IMG/VR virus record: IMGVR_UViG_3300030117_005808
Location: 32,001 to 96,000 of that record
Source of the DNA: a virus
Reading direction: 5' to 3' (one strand)
DNA length: 64,000 nucleotides
Positions 49,275 through 57,487 of this stretch are shown here, in pieces (positions within the stretch are counted from its first letter, which is position 1; the number at the start of each line of letters is the position of its first letter). The notes below the pieces were generated by a model. It made no database searches, had not been told where the DNA came from, and saw only the letters and a list, made by a program, of their open reading frames with translations. Position numbers and translations under genes: made by a program.

Positions 49275-49580
49275 ATGGAATTATTGTGGTTTGCGCTCGC
49301 TTGCTACGGCTTGACTTATCTTGTCGTGTATGCGAGCATTTTTAATAGAATCCGACCAAGCAGAGAATGGCTTGGTGGTTTTGGCAAGTTATTTAACTGC
49401 ACCCTGTGCTTTGGCTTCCACGCAGGCTGGTTTTTGTTTGTCATAAACCGTTGGACAGAACTATTTACTTTTGACTATACTATCGCAAACTTTTTTATTT
49501 GTGGTTGGGTAGGTGCTGGAGTTTCTTACATTCTTTCAATGATTGTTGGTGACGAAGGTATTCGGATAACAAAGGAGTAA
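49275..49580 (+). CDS. Membrane protein with CxxC motif (DUF1360-like)
   Basis: Three hydrophobic segments; LFNCTLCFGFHAGW. Confidence 0.6.
   Translation: MELLWFALACYGLTYLVVYASIFNRIRPSREWLGGFGKLFNCTLCFGFHAGWFLFVINRWTELFTFDYTIANFFICGWVGAGVSYILSMIVGDEGIRITKE
49460..49467 (+). promoter_or_regulatory. Putative late promoter ACTATTTA (intragenic), upstream of the 16-aa ORF and protease
   Basis: Exact motif. Confidence 0.5.
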
Positions 49581-49583
49581 ACA

Positions 49584-49634
49584 ATGCGACGTAGAAACAT
49601 ACCAGAGGTTCGACGCTGCTGTAGCGGCTCTTAA
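49584..49634 (+). CDS. Unannotated 16-aa peptide MRRRNIPEVRRCCSGS
   Basis: AGGAG at 49573-49577, 6 nt before the ATG; fills the intergenic gap; below the ORF track cutoff. Confidence 0.45.
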   Translation: MRRRNIPEVRRCCSGS

Positions 49635-49638
49635 CTCG

Positions 49639-49655
49639 GGCGGGTCGCGCCCGCC
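49639..49655 (+). other. GC hairpin GGCGGG-tcgcg-CCCGCC without a U-tract
   Basis: Perfect 6-bp inverted repeat just upstream of the protease RBS. Confidence 0.55.
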
Positions 49656-49675
49656 AACGTCAATTGGAGATAACT

Positions 49676-50290
49676 ATGGGAAAATCACTTTTACGAGAAT
49701 ATTACGCACTTTGTGATGGTGGCGTCTGTCAAGACTTACTGACTGAAGAAGAAAAGAAGTTGATGTCCGCCGGCAAGAAGTTTTACATGACCGGCTGCAT
49801 GCAGAAGTTTGATACACCAAACGGAAACGGTCGCGTTTATTCCAAAGAGATCCTCCAACGCGAAGTAGAAAACTATTGGAAACTTGTCAAGGAGCGTAGA
49901 GCACTTGGTGAGTTAGACCATCCCGATGACTCTGTTATTAACTTAAAGAATGCATCTCACCTTGTAACAGACATGTGGTGGGACGGCCCCGCTCTTATGG
50001 GCAAGGTCGAGGTTCTAGATACACCATCAGGCAACATTTTAAAACAACTGGCTAACTCTGGTGTCACACTTGGCATTTCATCCCGTGGCCTTGGGTCAGT
50101 CAAAGAGGTTCGCGGAACTACAATGGTCGAAGACGATTTTCAACTTATCTGCTTTGATTTCGTCTCGGAACCATCTACTCCCGGTGCTTTCATGCATTCC
50201 GATAAAAGAATGCGAGAACACAAAGAACCAAATATTTTTACAAAAGCAGATAAGATAAACAGAATCTTAAATAATATTTTGAGAGATTGA
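49676..50290 (+). CDS. gp21: Prohead core protease (gp21-like)
   Basis: NGNGRVYS, ALGELDHPD, SHLVT, GISSRGLGS, DFVSEPSTPGA; ATG 49676 preceded by GGAG. Confidence 0.93.
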   Translation: MGKSLLREYYALCDGGVCQDLLTEEEKKLMSAGKKFYMTGCMQKFDTPNGNGRVYSKEILQREVENYWKLVKERRALGELDHPDDSVINLKNASHLVTDMWWDGPALMGKVEVLDTPSGNILKQLANSGVTLGISSRGLGSVKEVRGTTMVEDDFQLICFDFVSEPSTPGAFMHSDKRMREHKEPNIFTKADKINRILNNILRD

Positions 50291-50291
50291 G

Positions 50292-50720
50292 ATGAAAAGA
50301 ACAGAACTTAAAAAATTAATAAAGCCATTAGTAAAAGAATGTGTCCAAGAGACGATTTTAAATGATGGTCTTTTATCAAATATAGTCTCTGAGGTAATGC
50401 AAGGAATGGGAAACCAGTTCCTCGTAGAAAATAAAGAACAGGTTGTTCCCACAATGTCTAACGAAAACAGTGTACAACTAGAACAACTAAAAGAAAGACA
50501 ACAAGAGACTAGAAAACGATTGCTTGATGAAATAGGTCACGATGCTTACAATGGTGTTGACCTTTTTGAAGGCACGACGCCTATTAGAGATAGCGGGCAA
50601 CCCTCCGCGACGGCTCAAGCGAACCCAATGTTTGGTCAGGATCCTGACGATGCAGGCGTGGACATTTCATCGATCGTCGCATTAGGTGGAAAAAACTGGA
50701 AAGCTTTAGCGAGTAACTAA
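50292..50720 (+). CDS. Hypothetical head protein with a leader-like N-terminus
   Basis: MKRTELKKLIKPLVKECVQE resembles the array leader; directly after the protease. Confidence 0.55.
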   Translation: MKRTELKKLIKPLVKECVQETILNDGLLSNIVSEVMQGMGNQFLVENKEQVVPTMSNENSVQLEQLKERQQETRKRLLDEIGHDAYNGVDLFEGTTPIRDSGQPSATAQANPMFGQDPDDAGVDISSIVALGGKNWKALASN

Positions 50721-50727
50721 CTATTTA
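50720..50727 (+). promoter_or_regulatory. Putative late promoter ACTATTTA
   Basis: Exact motif 19 nt before ATG 50747. Confidence 0.7.
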
Positions 50728-50746
50728 AAGGAAGAGAGGAAAAACA

Positions 50747-51205
50747 ATGGCAACAGATCCCAAAACAGGACAGCAAATATTTGGTGGCTCTTATGGTGTA
50801 GGATTCAACAACGTCGGAAGCTATCAGGCCAGCGCCAAACCATATATTCAGACAGAACTTGTAGTGCCAGCATCTTCTAGTAACGCAGGCACTGCACTCG
50901 AAGTCGCGTTCCCGAAAGTGACAAAATTTATAACTGTACGAAATGATGGTACAGCATCGGAAGAAATTAGGCTTGCTTTTGCATCTGGCGGACTTGGAGT
51001 CAATAAGCTTGGGGCGACATCTGGTAACAACTACATCAAAATCGCACAATCTGCATCATTCTCAGCAGACTTTAGGGTTACAAAACTTTATCTAATGTCA
51101 GAGGATGGCCACACTCCAAACGCCACCGTCATTGCCGGCTTAACCCAAATAGATGCTACGCGACTTCCAGACTCTTGGAAGGGCGATAATGGTGTTGGCG
51201 ATTAA
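50747..51205 (+). CDS. Small beta-rich virion protein (possible capsid decoration)
   Basis: 152 aa, G/S/A-rich with alternating beta pattern; head module; own late promoter. Confidence 0.45.
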   Translation: MATDPKTGQQIFGGSYGVGFNNVGSYQASAKPYIQTELVVPASSSNAGTALEVAFPKVTKFITVRNDGTASEEIRLAFASGGLGVNKLGATSGNNYIKIAQSASFSADFRVTKLYLMSEDGHTPNATVIAGLTQIDATRLPDSWKGDNGVGD

Positions 51206-51219
51206 CACAAAGAGGAACA

Positions 51220-51495
51220 ATGAGCTACCATAATAGAAGAGGCAATCGAGGACGCAATCCAAAAAAGTTTTATTATAAGACAAGACGACCTGCCCACGTT
51301 GCTACCTACGCCAAAGAAGGCGAACATCCAGAACGCACTATAAAACGTTTCCTTAAGAAGTGTAAGAAGGAAAAAATCATAGAGCAAGTAAGAAAATACG
51401 ATTATTACGAAAAGCCATCTGTTAAGCGAAAACGAGCTAGATCTAGACGCAAAGCGGTTCTAAAAAAGCTAAATGAGCAAAACAAGAAGACATAA
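51220..51495 (+). CDS. rpsU: Phage-encoded 30S ribosomal protein bS21
   Basis: EGEHPERTIKRFLKKCKKEKIIEQVRKYDYYEKPSVKRKR matches the bS21 core (E..E.ALRRFK......G...E.R....YEKPS..RK). Confidence 0.85.
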   Translation: MSYHNRRGNRGRNPKKFYYKTRRPAHVATYAKEGEHPERTIKRFLKKCKKEKIIEQVRKYDYYEKPSVKRKRARSRRKAVLKKLNEQNKKT

Positions 51496-51516
51496 AGGTT
51501 TTTCTACAAATAGGGT

Positions 51517-51524
51517 ACTATTTA
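51517..51524 (+). promoter_or_regulatory. Putative late promoter ACTATTTA
   Basis: Exact motif, intergenic, upstream of scaffold and major capsid genes. Confidence 0.72.
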
Positions 51525-51564
51525 TTTATGACAAAATAAGTGTTTCCAACACGAGGATTAAGGT

Positions 51565-52536
51565 ATGCCAACACTCTTAGAACAAGCTATTATTGATGCA
51601 CAAGAACTTAGAGACGCCGCGCTAAAGAACGCCGAGTCTACTATTCTAGAAAAGTATAACAACGAAGTGAAGAATGTTGTTGAAACCCTCTTGGAGCAGG
51701 AAGAGGAAATGATGGGGGCTATGGAAGAACCTGCCTTCGCCGCTGCCGAAGAAGAGGAAATGTGTCCTTGCCCGGACAAGGAAGAGGAAGAGACCGTAAT
51801 GTTCAGTCTTGATGACCTAAAAGCCATGGCTGATGAACTTGACGGTGATGCTCTTGGGACTCCCGAGGATCAAGAAGATCTTATGACTGATCTTGGAATG
51901 GAGCCCGAAGAAGAGGAAGACACACTTCCCCTTCAAGAAGATCTTCAGTTGGTTGAAGAAGAAGTTGAACTCGATGAAGCTACAATCAAAGAACTTGTTG
52001 AAGAATTGGTTGTTGATGTTGTGCCTACCAAGAGTGGCTGGCTAGCAACTCCTCAAGGCGAGATGCAATATGCAGAAGAATTAGAATTGGCTAGACTGGC
52101 TAGCACAGAGGCCCAAGAGCAGATTAAAGCTCTTAAGGATGCCCGTGACCGTCTAACCATCACAAACGAATCTTTGACAAGCGACAATAAGAAGCTTGTT
52201 GAGGGCATCTTAGCATTGAAAGAGAAGGTTGAACAAACCCTCTTGGAAAATGCGAAACTACTCTATATGAATCAGGCATTGAATAGTGCCTCCCTGAATG
52301 AGCGACAAAAGTCAAACGTTGTCGAGTCTATTCGCAAGGCTGATTCTGTTGAAGAGGCGAAGGTAATATTTGAAACCCTTCAAAGCGCAGCGGGCGATTC
52401 TACTCGTAGAAAGCCAAAATCGTTGAGCGAAGCAATCAGTAGACCTTCATCGACATTGCCAAGACGAAGAAAAGAAAGAGCACAAGGGGAAACCATTGTG
52501 AAGGATCGATTCCAAAGATTGGCAGGACTTAAATGA
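51565..52536 (+). CDS. Prohead scaffold / core protein (gp22-like)
   Basis: Very acidic coiled-coil protein directly before the major capsid gene; many L-x-E sites; ends RFQRLAGLK. Confidence 0.8.
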   Translation: MPTLLEQAIIDAQELRDAALKNAESTILEKYNNEVKNVVETLLEQEEEMMGAMEEPAFAAAEEEEMCPCPDKEEEETVMFSLDDLKAMADELDGDALGTPEDQEDLMTDLGMEPEEEEDTLPLQEDLQLVEEEVELDEATIKELVEELVVDVVPTKSGWLATPQGEMQYAEELELARLASTEAQEQIKALKDARDRLTITNESLTSDNKKLVEGILALKEKVEQTLLENAKLLYMNQALNSASLNERQKSNVVESIRKADSVEEAKVIFETLQSAAGDSTRRKPKSLSEAISRPSSTLPRRRKERAQGETIVKDRFQRLAGLK

Positions 52537-52577
52537 CAGAATAATCCAATAAATTTAATAAAAGGAGGTGATTAAAA

Positions 52578-54377
52578 ATGTCAGTATTAAATAAATTAAC
52601 TGAAGGAATCGTTAACCGCGATCTCCGTCAGGAAGGCGATGCTCTTATCTCCAAGTGGGAAAAGACCGGACTCCTCGAAGGCCTCAATAACGATGTCACG
52701 AAGAACGGTATGGCTCGTCTCCTTGAAAACCAAGCCAAGCAGCTTCTGAAAGAGGCTTCTTCTATGGCAGCAGGCGATGTGGAAGGTTTTGCTTCCGTCG
52801 CTTTCCCGCTCGTTCGCCGCGTGTTCGGTGGTCTTTTGGCCAACGATCTCGTTAGCGTTCAGCCGATGAGTCTCCCAAGTGGTCTCATCTTCTTCCTCGA
52901 TTTCACTTACGAGGCTGGTAAGCTCGGCCTCGCCGCCGGCGAATCCGTCTACGGTGGTGGAGTTGTTGGTAAGGGCATCCAAACGGGTGTCACAGACATC
53001 ACCGAAGAGGGTGGTGGCCTGTATAACTTGCAGAATGGTTACTCGCAAGTAAGTGCTTCGACAACTGTTGCAACTACCATTGTTGCTTCTGGTAACGTCG
53101 GTGTGGGTGGTATTCCCGAGTTTGGTGATACAACTGTTTCTGGCTTTACTGCTGGTTATGACCTTGCTCGTCTTCTGAAGTTCGACGTGGACCTTGTGTC
53201 TGGTTCGGCTTTCGCAGCAGCAACAGTGCCATTGGCTACACTCACAGCAGCAGGCGTGCGATTCAACGAGGATGACTTTGTTGATATCAAGCTTGCCGAC
53301 CAAAGCATTGACGGTGGTCTCGGTACTCTTACTGATGGTCTTCAAGTTCGTCGCTTGACCCAGCTTGACCCAACTGAGAATGCAGCTTCGGCAACTAGGC
53401 TTCTGTTTGTTGTCGCCGCAACTGGTTCGGAAACAACCGCGCAGATGACGACCTCGCTCAACGCTGTTGATCTTGCACTTCACACCATCGTGGATGACTT
53501 CATCGCTGGCGGCGCCATCGGTGCTGTTGTTGGTGATGATACTTGGGGTCTTGAAGAGCCTCAGTTCGGTACCGGCAATGCTGGTTCTACGACGGCTAAG
53601 AACGAGATCCCCGAGATCGACATCAAGGTGGACTCGATTGCTGTTACGGCACAAACCCGTAAGCTGAAAGCTAAGTGGTCGCCGGAACTTGGTCAGGACT
53701 TGAACGCCTACCACAACCTTGATGCCGAGGTTGAGTTGACTAGTGTTCTCTCTGAGCAGATTGCTCTTGAGATCGACCGTGAGATCGTTTCTGATCTTAT
53801 TAACGGTGCAACTGCTGGTACGTTCTATTGGTCGCGCTCTCCGGGCATGTTCCTGAACCGCACAACCGGTGCAGAGATTGGCGCTTCAACCGCCGCTCCT
53901 GACTTCACTGGTACGGTTTCCGAATGGTACGAGACCCTTATCGAGACTGTTAATGATGTCTCGGCACAGATCCACCGCAAGACTCTGCGGGGTGGAGCTA
54001 ACTTCATCGTGACCTCACCTGAAGTTGCTAACATCCTTGAGTTCACCGCTGGTTTCCGTGCAAGCGTCACCGCTGATGCTGATCGTGGCACCGCAGGTGC
54101 TGTGAACGTTGGTGCTATCTCGAAGAAGTTCGACGTGTACGTCGATCCTTACTTCCCTCGCAACGTGCTGCTTGTCGGCCGTAAGGGTGGTAGCTTCCTT
54201 GAGTCGGGCTATGTTTACGCTCCGTATGTGCCGTTACAGGTCACGCCGACTATCTTCGGTACCGAGGACTTCATCCCCCGCAAGGGCGTGATGACTCGCT
54301 ACGCTAAGAAGATGGTCCGTCCTGATATGTACGGTCTGGTCATCTGTCGTGGCCTTCTCGGTGAGTCTGGCGCTTAG
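52578..54377 (+). CDS. gp23: Major capsid protein (gp23-like)
   Basis: VQPMSLPSGLIFFLDF, TRKLKAKWSPELGQDLNAYH, EIDREI, YAPYVPL, GVMTRY; strong SD AAGGAGGTG. Confidence 0.96.
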   Translation: MSVLNKLTEGIVNRDLRQEGDALISKWEKTGLLEGLNNDVTKNGMARLLENQAKQLLKEASSMAAGDVEGFASVAFPLVRRVFGGLLANDLVSVQPMSLPSGLIFFLDFTYEAGKLGLAAGESVYGGGVVGKGIQTGVTDITEEGGGLYNLQNGYSQVSASTTVATTIVASGNVGVGGIPEFGDTTVSGFTAGYDLARLLKFDVDLVSGSAFAAATVPLATLTAAGVRFNEDDFVDIKLADQSIDGGLGTLTDGLQVRRLTQLDPTENAASATRLLFVVAATGSETTAQMTTSLNAVDLALHTIVDDFIAGGAIGAVVGDDTWGLEEPQFGTGNAGSTTAKNEIPEIDIKVDSIAVTAQTRKLKAKWSPELGQDLNAYHNLDAEVELTSVLSEQIALEIDREIVSDLINGATAGTFYWSRSPGMFLNRTTGAEIGASTAAPDFTGTVSEWYETLIETVNDVSAQIHRKTLRGGANFIVTSPEVANILEFTAGFRASVTADADRGTAGAVNVGAISKKFDVYVDPYFPRNVLLVGRKGGSFLESGYVYAPYVPLQVTPTIFGTEDFIPRKGVMTRYAKKMVRPDMYGLVICRGLLGESGA

Positions 54378-54403
54378 TAGCTAGCCAGCCTTTCTAAGAC
54401 TAT

Positions 54404-54433
54404 ACCCCGCTATCTTCGGATAGCGGGGTTTTT
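54404..54433 (+). terminator. Rho-independent terminator after the major capsid gene
   Basis: ACCCCGCTATC-TTCG-GATAGCGGGGT: 11-bp stem, UUCG tetraloop, followed by a T-run. Confidence 0.92.
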
Positions 54434-54445
54434 GTTTATATACAA

Positions 54446-54453
54446 ACTATTTA
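54446..54453 (+). promoter_or_regulatory. Putative late promoter ACTATTTA
   Basis: Exact motif right after the terminator, followed by AGGAGG. Confidence 0.75.
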
Positions 54454-54472
54454 TTATTAGGAGGAATGTAAA

Positions 54473-54652
54473 ATGCACATTCGTAAAAGAAAGTGGCTTA
54501 GAGCCCAAGCAATCAAGAAAGCTGAAGCATCCCAATCGGTCGCCCCAGCCCCAGCCCCAGCACCAGTGGAGGCCCCAGCCCCAGCCCCAGCACCGGCTAA
54601 GAAGGCCAAAGCTACAAAAACTAAAAAAGCTACAAAAAAAACCATTAAGTAG
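54473..54652 (+). CDS. Unannotated 59-aa Lys/Ala/Pro-rich basic peptide
   Basis: MHIRKRKWLRAQAIKKAEASQSVAPAPAPAPVEAPAPAPAPAKKAKATKTKKATKKTIK; AGGAGG at 54459-54464; below the ORF track cutoff. Confidence 0.7.
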   Translation: MHIRKRKWLRAQAIKKAEASQSVAPAPAPAPVEAPAPAPAPAKKAKATKTKKATKKTIK

Positions 54653-54666
54653 AGGGAGAACTTTAA

Positions 54667-55983
54667 ATGGCAGTGCCTACACTAACGCCTGTTAGTACAA
54701 CAAGCAAAGTAATATTAACTTCTACAGGTAGCACGACTACCGTAGGCAATGGTGCAGGCTCAACCACTCATTATCCTTTTGGCATGTATGTCACAACAAC
54801 ATCTGCCTTATATGATACAAACTTTATTTCAGGAGCAGCCGATCAAGTCGCGTATACATACAAGAAGCTTGGCGGTGATGTGCTTGATATTGAACTAACA
54901 GTTGGGAATGTGTATGCGGCATATGAAGAGTCAGTGCTAGAGTACACTTATCATGTTAATAAACATCAGGCAAAAAATGTTCTTGGTAGCTTGTTAGGCT
55001 TTGCAACTGGCACATTTGATCATGATGGTCAGATGACTGGAGGCGATGCATCCGGATCTGCTGTTAACCTTGCGTTTCCAAAATTTAAAGTGGAATATGC
55101 TCGTAAGGTTGGCGAGGGCTTCGCGGAAGAGGCAGGCATTGGTGGTGATAATACTTTTTACTCGGCATCATTTGCATTAACTGCCGGCGTGCAAGACTAT
55201 GATTTACAGGCTATTATATCAAAGTCTGCCGCTGATAATTACGATCAAGCCGAAGCCGGCGGTCCAGTGCCATACGCTGACCTAGTTGGTAACAGAAAAG
55301 TAAAGATACAACGAGTATTTTACAAAACACCGGGCGCAATGTGGAGATTTTACGGCTACTATGGTGGGTTAAATGTTGTTGGTAACTTAAATTACTATGG
55401 CCAATACTCTGATGATACTACTTTTGAGATTGTCCCCGTATGGCAGAATAAACTTCAATCTATGGCCTATGAAGACCACTTATTTACCAGATTGTCTCAC
55501 TATTCATATGAATTGTTTAATAATAAATTAAGAATTTTTCCTATTCCTCACGGCTTTGTTCCATTCATGCATGTCCAATTTACCATTGATAGCCAGCCAT
55601 GGACCGAAGACGCTGACAGGAAGAATGGTACAGATGGTATTAACAACATGAGTACGTTGCCATTCGATAACATACCGTATGAGAATATTAACGCTATCGG
55701 CAAGCATTGGATCCGCCGCTATGCTCTTTCGCTCTGCAAAGAGATGTTAGGTCAAATTCGTGGCAAGTTCGGTGGCGGTATCCCGATCCCCGGTGATAAT
55801 GTTACACTTAACTCAGGTGATTTGCTTTCGCAAGCAAAAGAAGAACAAGACTATCTCAAGGAAGAATTAAAAACTATTCTGGATGAAATGACGTACAAAG
55901 CACTTGCACAACAAGACGCTGAAAAGATCGAAGCTATAGATAAGGTGAATGGTGGTATTCCATTAATGATTTATCAGGGGTAA
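54667..55983 (+). CDS. Neck / head completion protein (gp13-like)
   Basis: KLGGDVLDIEL and WIRRYALSLCKEMLGQIRGKF...IPGDNVTLN motifs; position after MCP. Confidence 0.8.
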   Translation: MAVPTLTPVSTTSKVILTSTGSTTTVGNGAGSTTHYPFGMYVTTTSALYDTNFISGAADQVAYTYKKLGGDVLDIELTVGNVYAAYEESVLEYTYHVNKHQAKNVLGSLLGFATGTFDHDGQMTGGDASGSAVNLAFPKFKVEYARKVGEGFAEEAGIGGDNTFYSASFALTAGVQDYDLQAIISKSAADNYDQAEAGGPVPYADLVGNRKVKIQRVFYKTPGAMWRFYGYYGGLNVVGNLNYYGQYSDDTTFEIVPVWQNKLQSMAYEDHLFTRLSHYSYELFNNKLRIFPIPHGFVPFMHVQFTIDSQPWTEDADRKNGTDGINNMSTLPFDNIPYENINAIGKHWIRRYALSLCKEMLGQIRGKFGGGIPIPGDNVTLNSGDLLSQAKEEQDYLKEELKTILDEMTYKALAQQDAEKIEAIDKVNGGIPLMIYQG

Positions 55984-55987
55984 GTAA

Positions 55988-56482
55988 ATGTCAAATGAAA
56001 ACAAATGGTCACAGCCTGATGCTCCACCCCCTCCCTTGTTCACAGGTAAAAAAGAAAGAGATCTTGTAAAACAAGTCAATGATGAGCTTATTGAGCGCGT
56101 CATAGGCCAAACCATCGCCTATTATCCAATAGACACACAAACAACAAACTTTCATTCTCTTTATGGAGAAGCTATCCACAAGAACTTTTTGCCTCCAATC
56201 AGAGTTCAGGCCCTAGTCGAGTTTGAGGGGATAAATACAAAGTTTGAAAACAGTATTGGCTTAGACAAAGAAACTAATATTACAGTTCATTTTCATAAAC
56301 GTCGCCTAACCGAAGATCAAGACCTTTTTGTGCGAGAAGGTGACTTTGTAGCATACGGAAAGTTTTTCTACGAGATAGTTAGTTTATCGGAACCAAGACC
56401 ACTCTATGGTCAAGTAGATCATCTTTTAGAGATTTCTGCTAAATGTATCCGAGCACGGGAGGATTTATTCGATGCCAGCTAA
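55988..56482 (+). CDS. Neck / head closure protein (gp14-like)
   Basis: ELIERVIGQTIAYY, SLYGEA, REGDFV...FYEI; synteny. Confidence 0.72.
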   Translation: MSNENKWSQPDAPPPPLFTGKKERDLVKQVNDELIERVIGQTIAYYPIDTQTTNFHSLYGEAIHKNFLPPIRVQALVEFEGINTKFENSIGLDKETNITVHFHKRRLTEDQDLFVREGDFVAYGKFFYEIVSLSEPRPLYGQVDHLLEISAKCIRAREDLFDAS

Positions 56483-57407
56483 AAAGCCCGACTACTCGTT
56501 CACAGACTTGCCAGATCACGGTGATGTATTGAAAGATTTAACTTTCATGCCCTCTACTGCTGAAAACATTGATCAGGCCATATTTAAATTTATCAATGAA
56601 GAGCTTGATTTATTTACAACCACAAATAAAGGCAGAAAAAAGGTTCCTATTATTTGGGTTTCTGCCGAACGTGCTCATCAAATAAAAAACAATCGAGACC
56701 TAAGAGACAATAATGGTGTGTTAAAGCTACCACTTATTACAATTGAAAGAACGGGCCTAACAAAAGACCCAGCCTTCAAAGGCACTTGGCAAGCGCATAT
56801 GCCAGACTTCGGAAAAACATATCACAAAGTTAGAAGAGTTAATGTCCCGGCAGCAAGAAAAATAAACCATGAGAAGACATCAAACTTTGCGAATGCTTTT
56901 TCGGGCAGAAGATCAGGGGTTAATAACAATGTTGGCATTGGCCAACAAAACTTTCCAGCCCAACCTAATAGGAAAAATCCAACTGTGCTAGAAACAATAT
57001 ACTTGCCAATACCAATCTGGGTTAACGCAACATATTCCCTAAAGCTAAGAACTCAATACATACAACAAATGAACGATTTAACACAGCCTTTTTATACTTT
57101 TACAGGACAGATGAATTCGTTTTTTGCGACTAACGAAGGTCACAGATATGAAGGGTTTGTTGAGGGCGACTTTGGTAAGACAAATAATATTGCTGATATG
57201 GGGGAAGAAGAAAGAACTTATGTAACAGACGTTACCTTAAAAGTTCTTGGCTATCTTATGGGCGAGGGTTCCAACGATAAGAAGCCTAAAATTACCGTGA
57301 CTCAAAACTTTGTAGACGTAAAAATACCAAGGGAAAGAGTTATTGTTGGAGACATTAATGAGTTCTTAAGAGAGGACGAGGAAGGAAAAGGTTTTTATAG
57401 AGAGTAA
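56472..57407 (+). CDS. Tail terminator / sheath stabiliser (gp15-like)
   Basis: KVPIIWVSAERA, LKLPLITI, PIWVNATYSL...QQMNDL; precedes sheath. Confidence 0.7.
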   Translation: MPAKKPDYSFTDLPDHGDVLKDLTFMPSTAENIDQAIFKFINEELDLFTTTNKGRKKVPIIWVSAERAHQIKNNRDLRDNNGVLKLPLITIERTGLTKDPAFKGTWQAHMPDFGKTYHKVRRVNVPAARKINHEKTSNFANAFSGRRSGVNNNVGIGQQNFPAQPNRKNPTVLETIYLPIPIWVNATYSLKLRTQYIQQMNDLTQPFYTFTGQMNSFFATNEGHRYEGFVEGDFGKTNNIADMGEEERTYVTDVTLKVLGYLMGEGSNDKKPKITVTQNFVDVKIPRERVIVGDINEFLREDEEGKGFYRE

Positions 57408-57428
57408 GGGTCTTTGCTTCTATACAAT

Positions 57429-57436
57429 ACTATTTA
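57429..57436 (+). promoter_or_regulatory. Putative late promoter ACTATTTA
   Basis: Exact motif, intergenic before sheath. Confidence 0.72.
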
Positions 57437-57487
57437 TAAAGTGAAAGGAACCATATCGAGACTATTTGGTTTTAAGGAGACATAGTA

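Noticed and set aside
49639-49655. Hairpin as an intrinsic terminator
   Set aside because: No downstream U-tract; kept only as a possible regulatory or stabilising structure.
52596-53714. 372-aa minus-strand ORF antisense to the major capsid gene
   Set aside because: Shadow of strong codon bias in a highly expressed gene; no recognisable motif or RBS.
54432-54695. 87-aa ORF with PQPQ repeats
   Set aside because: Alternate frame of the 59-aa peptide at 54473..54652, which has the SD and lies downstream of the promoter; this ORF starts inside the terminator.
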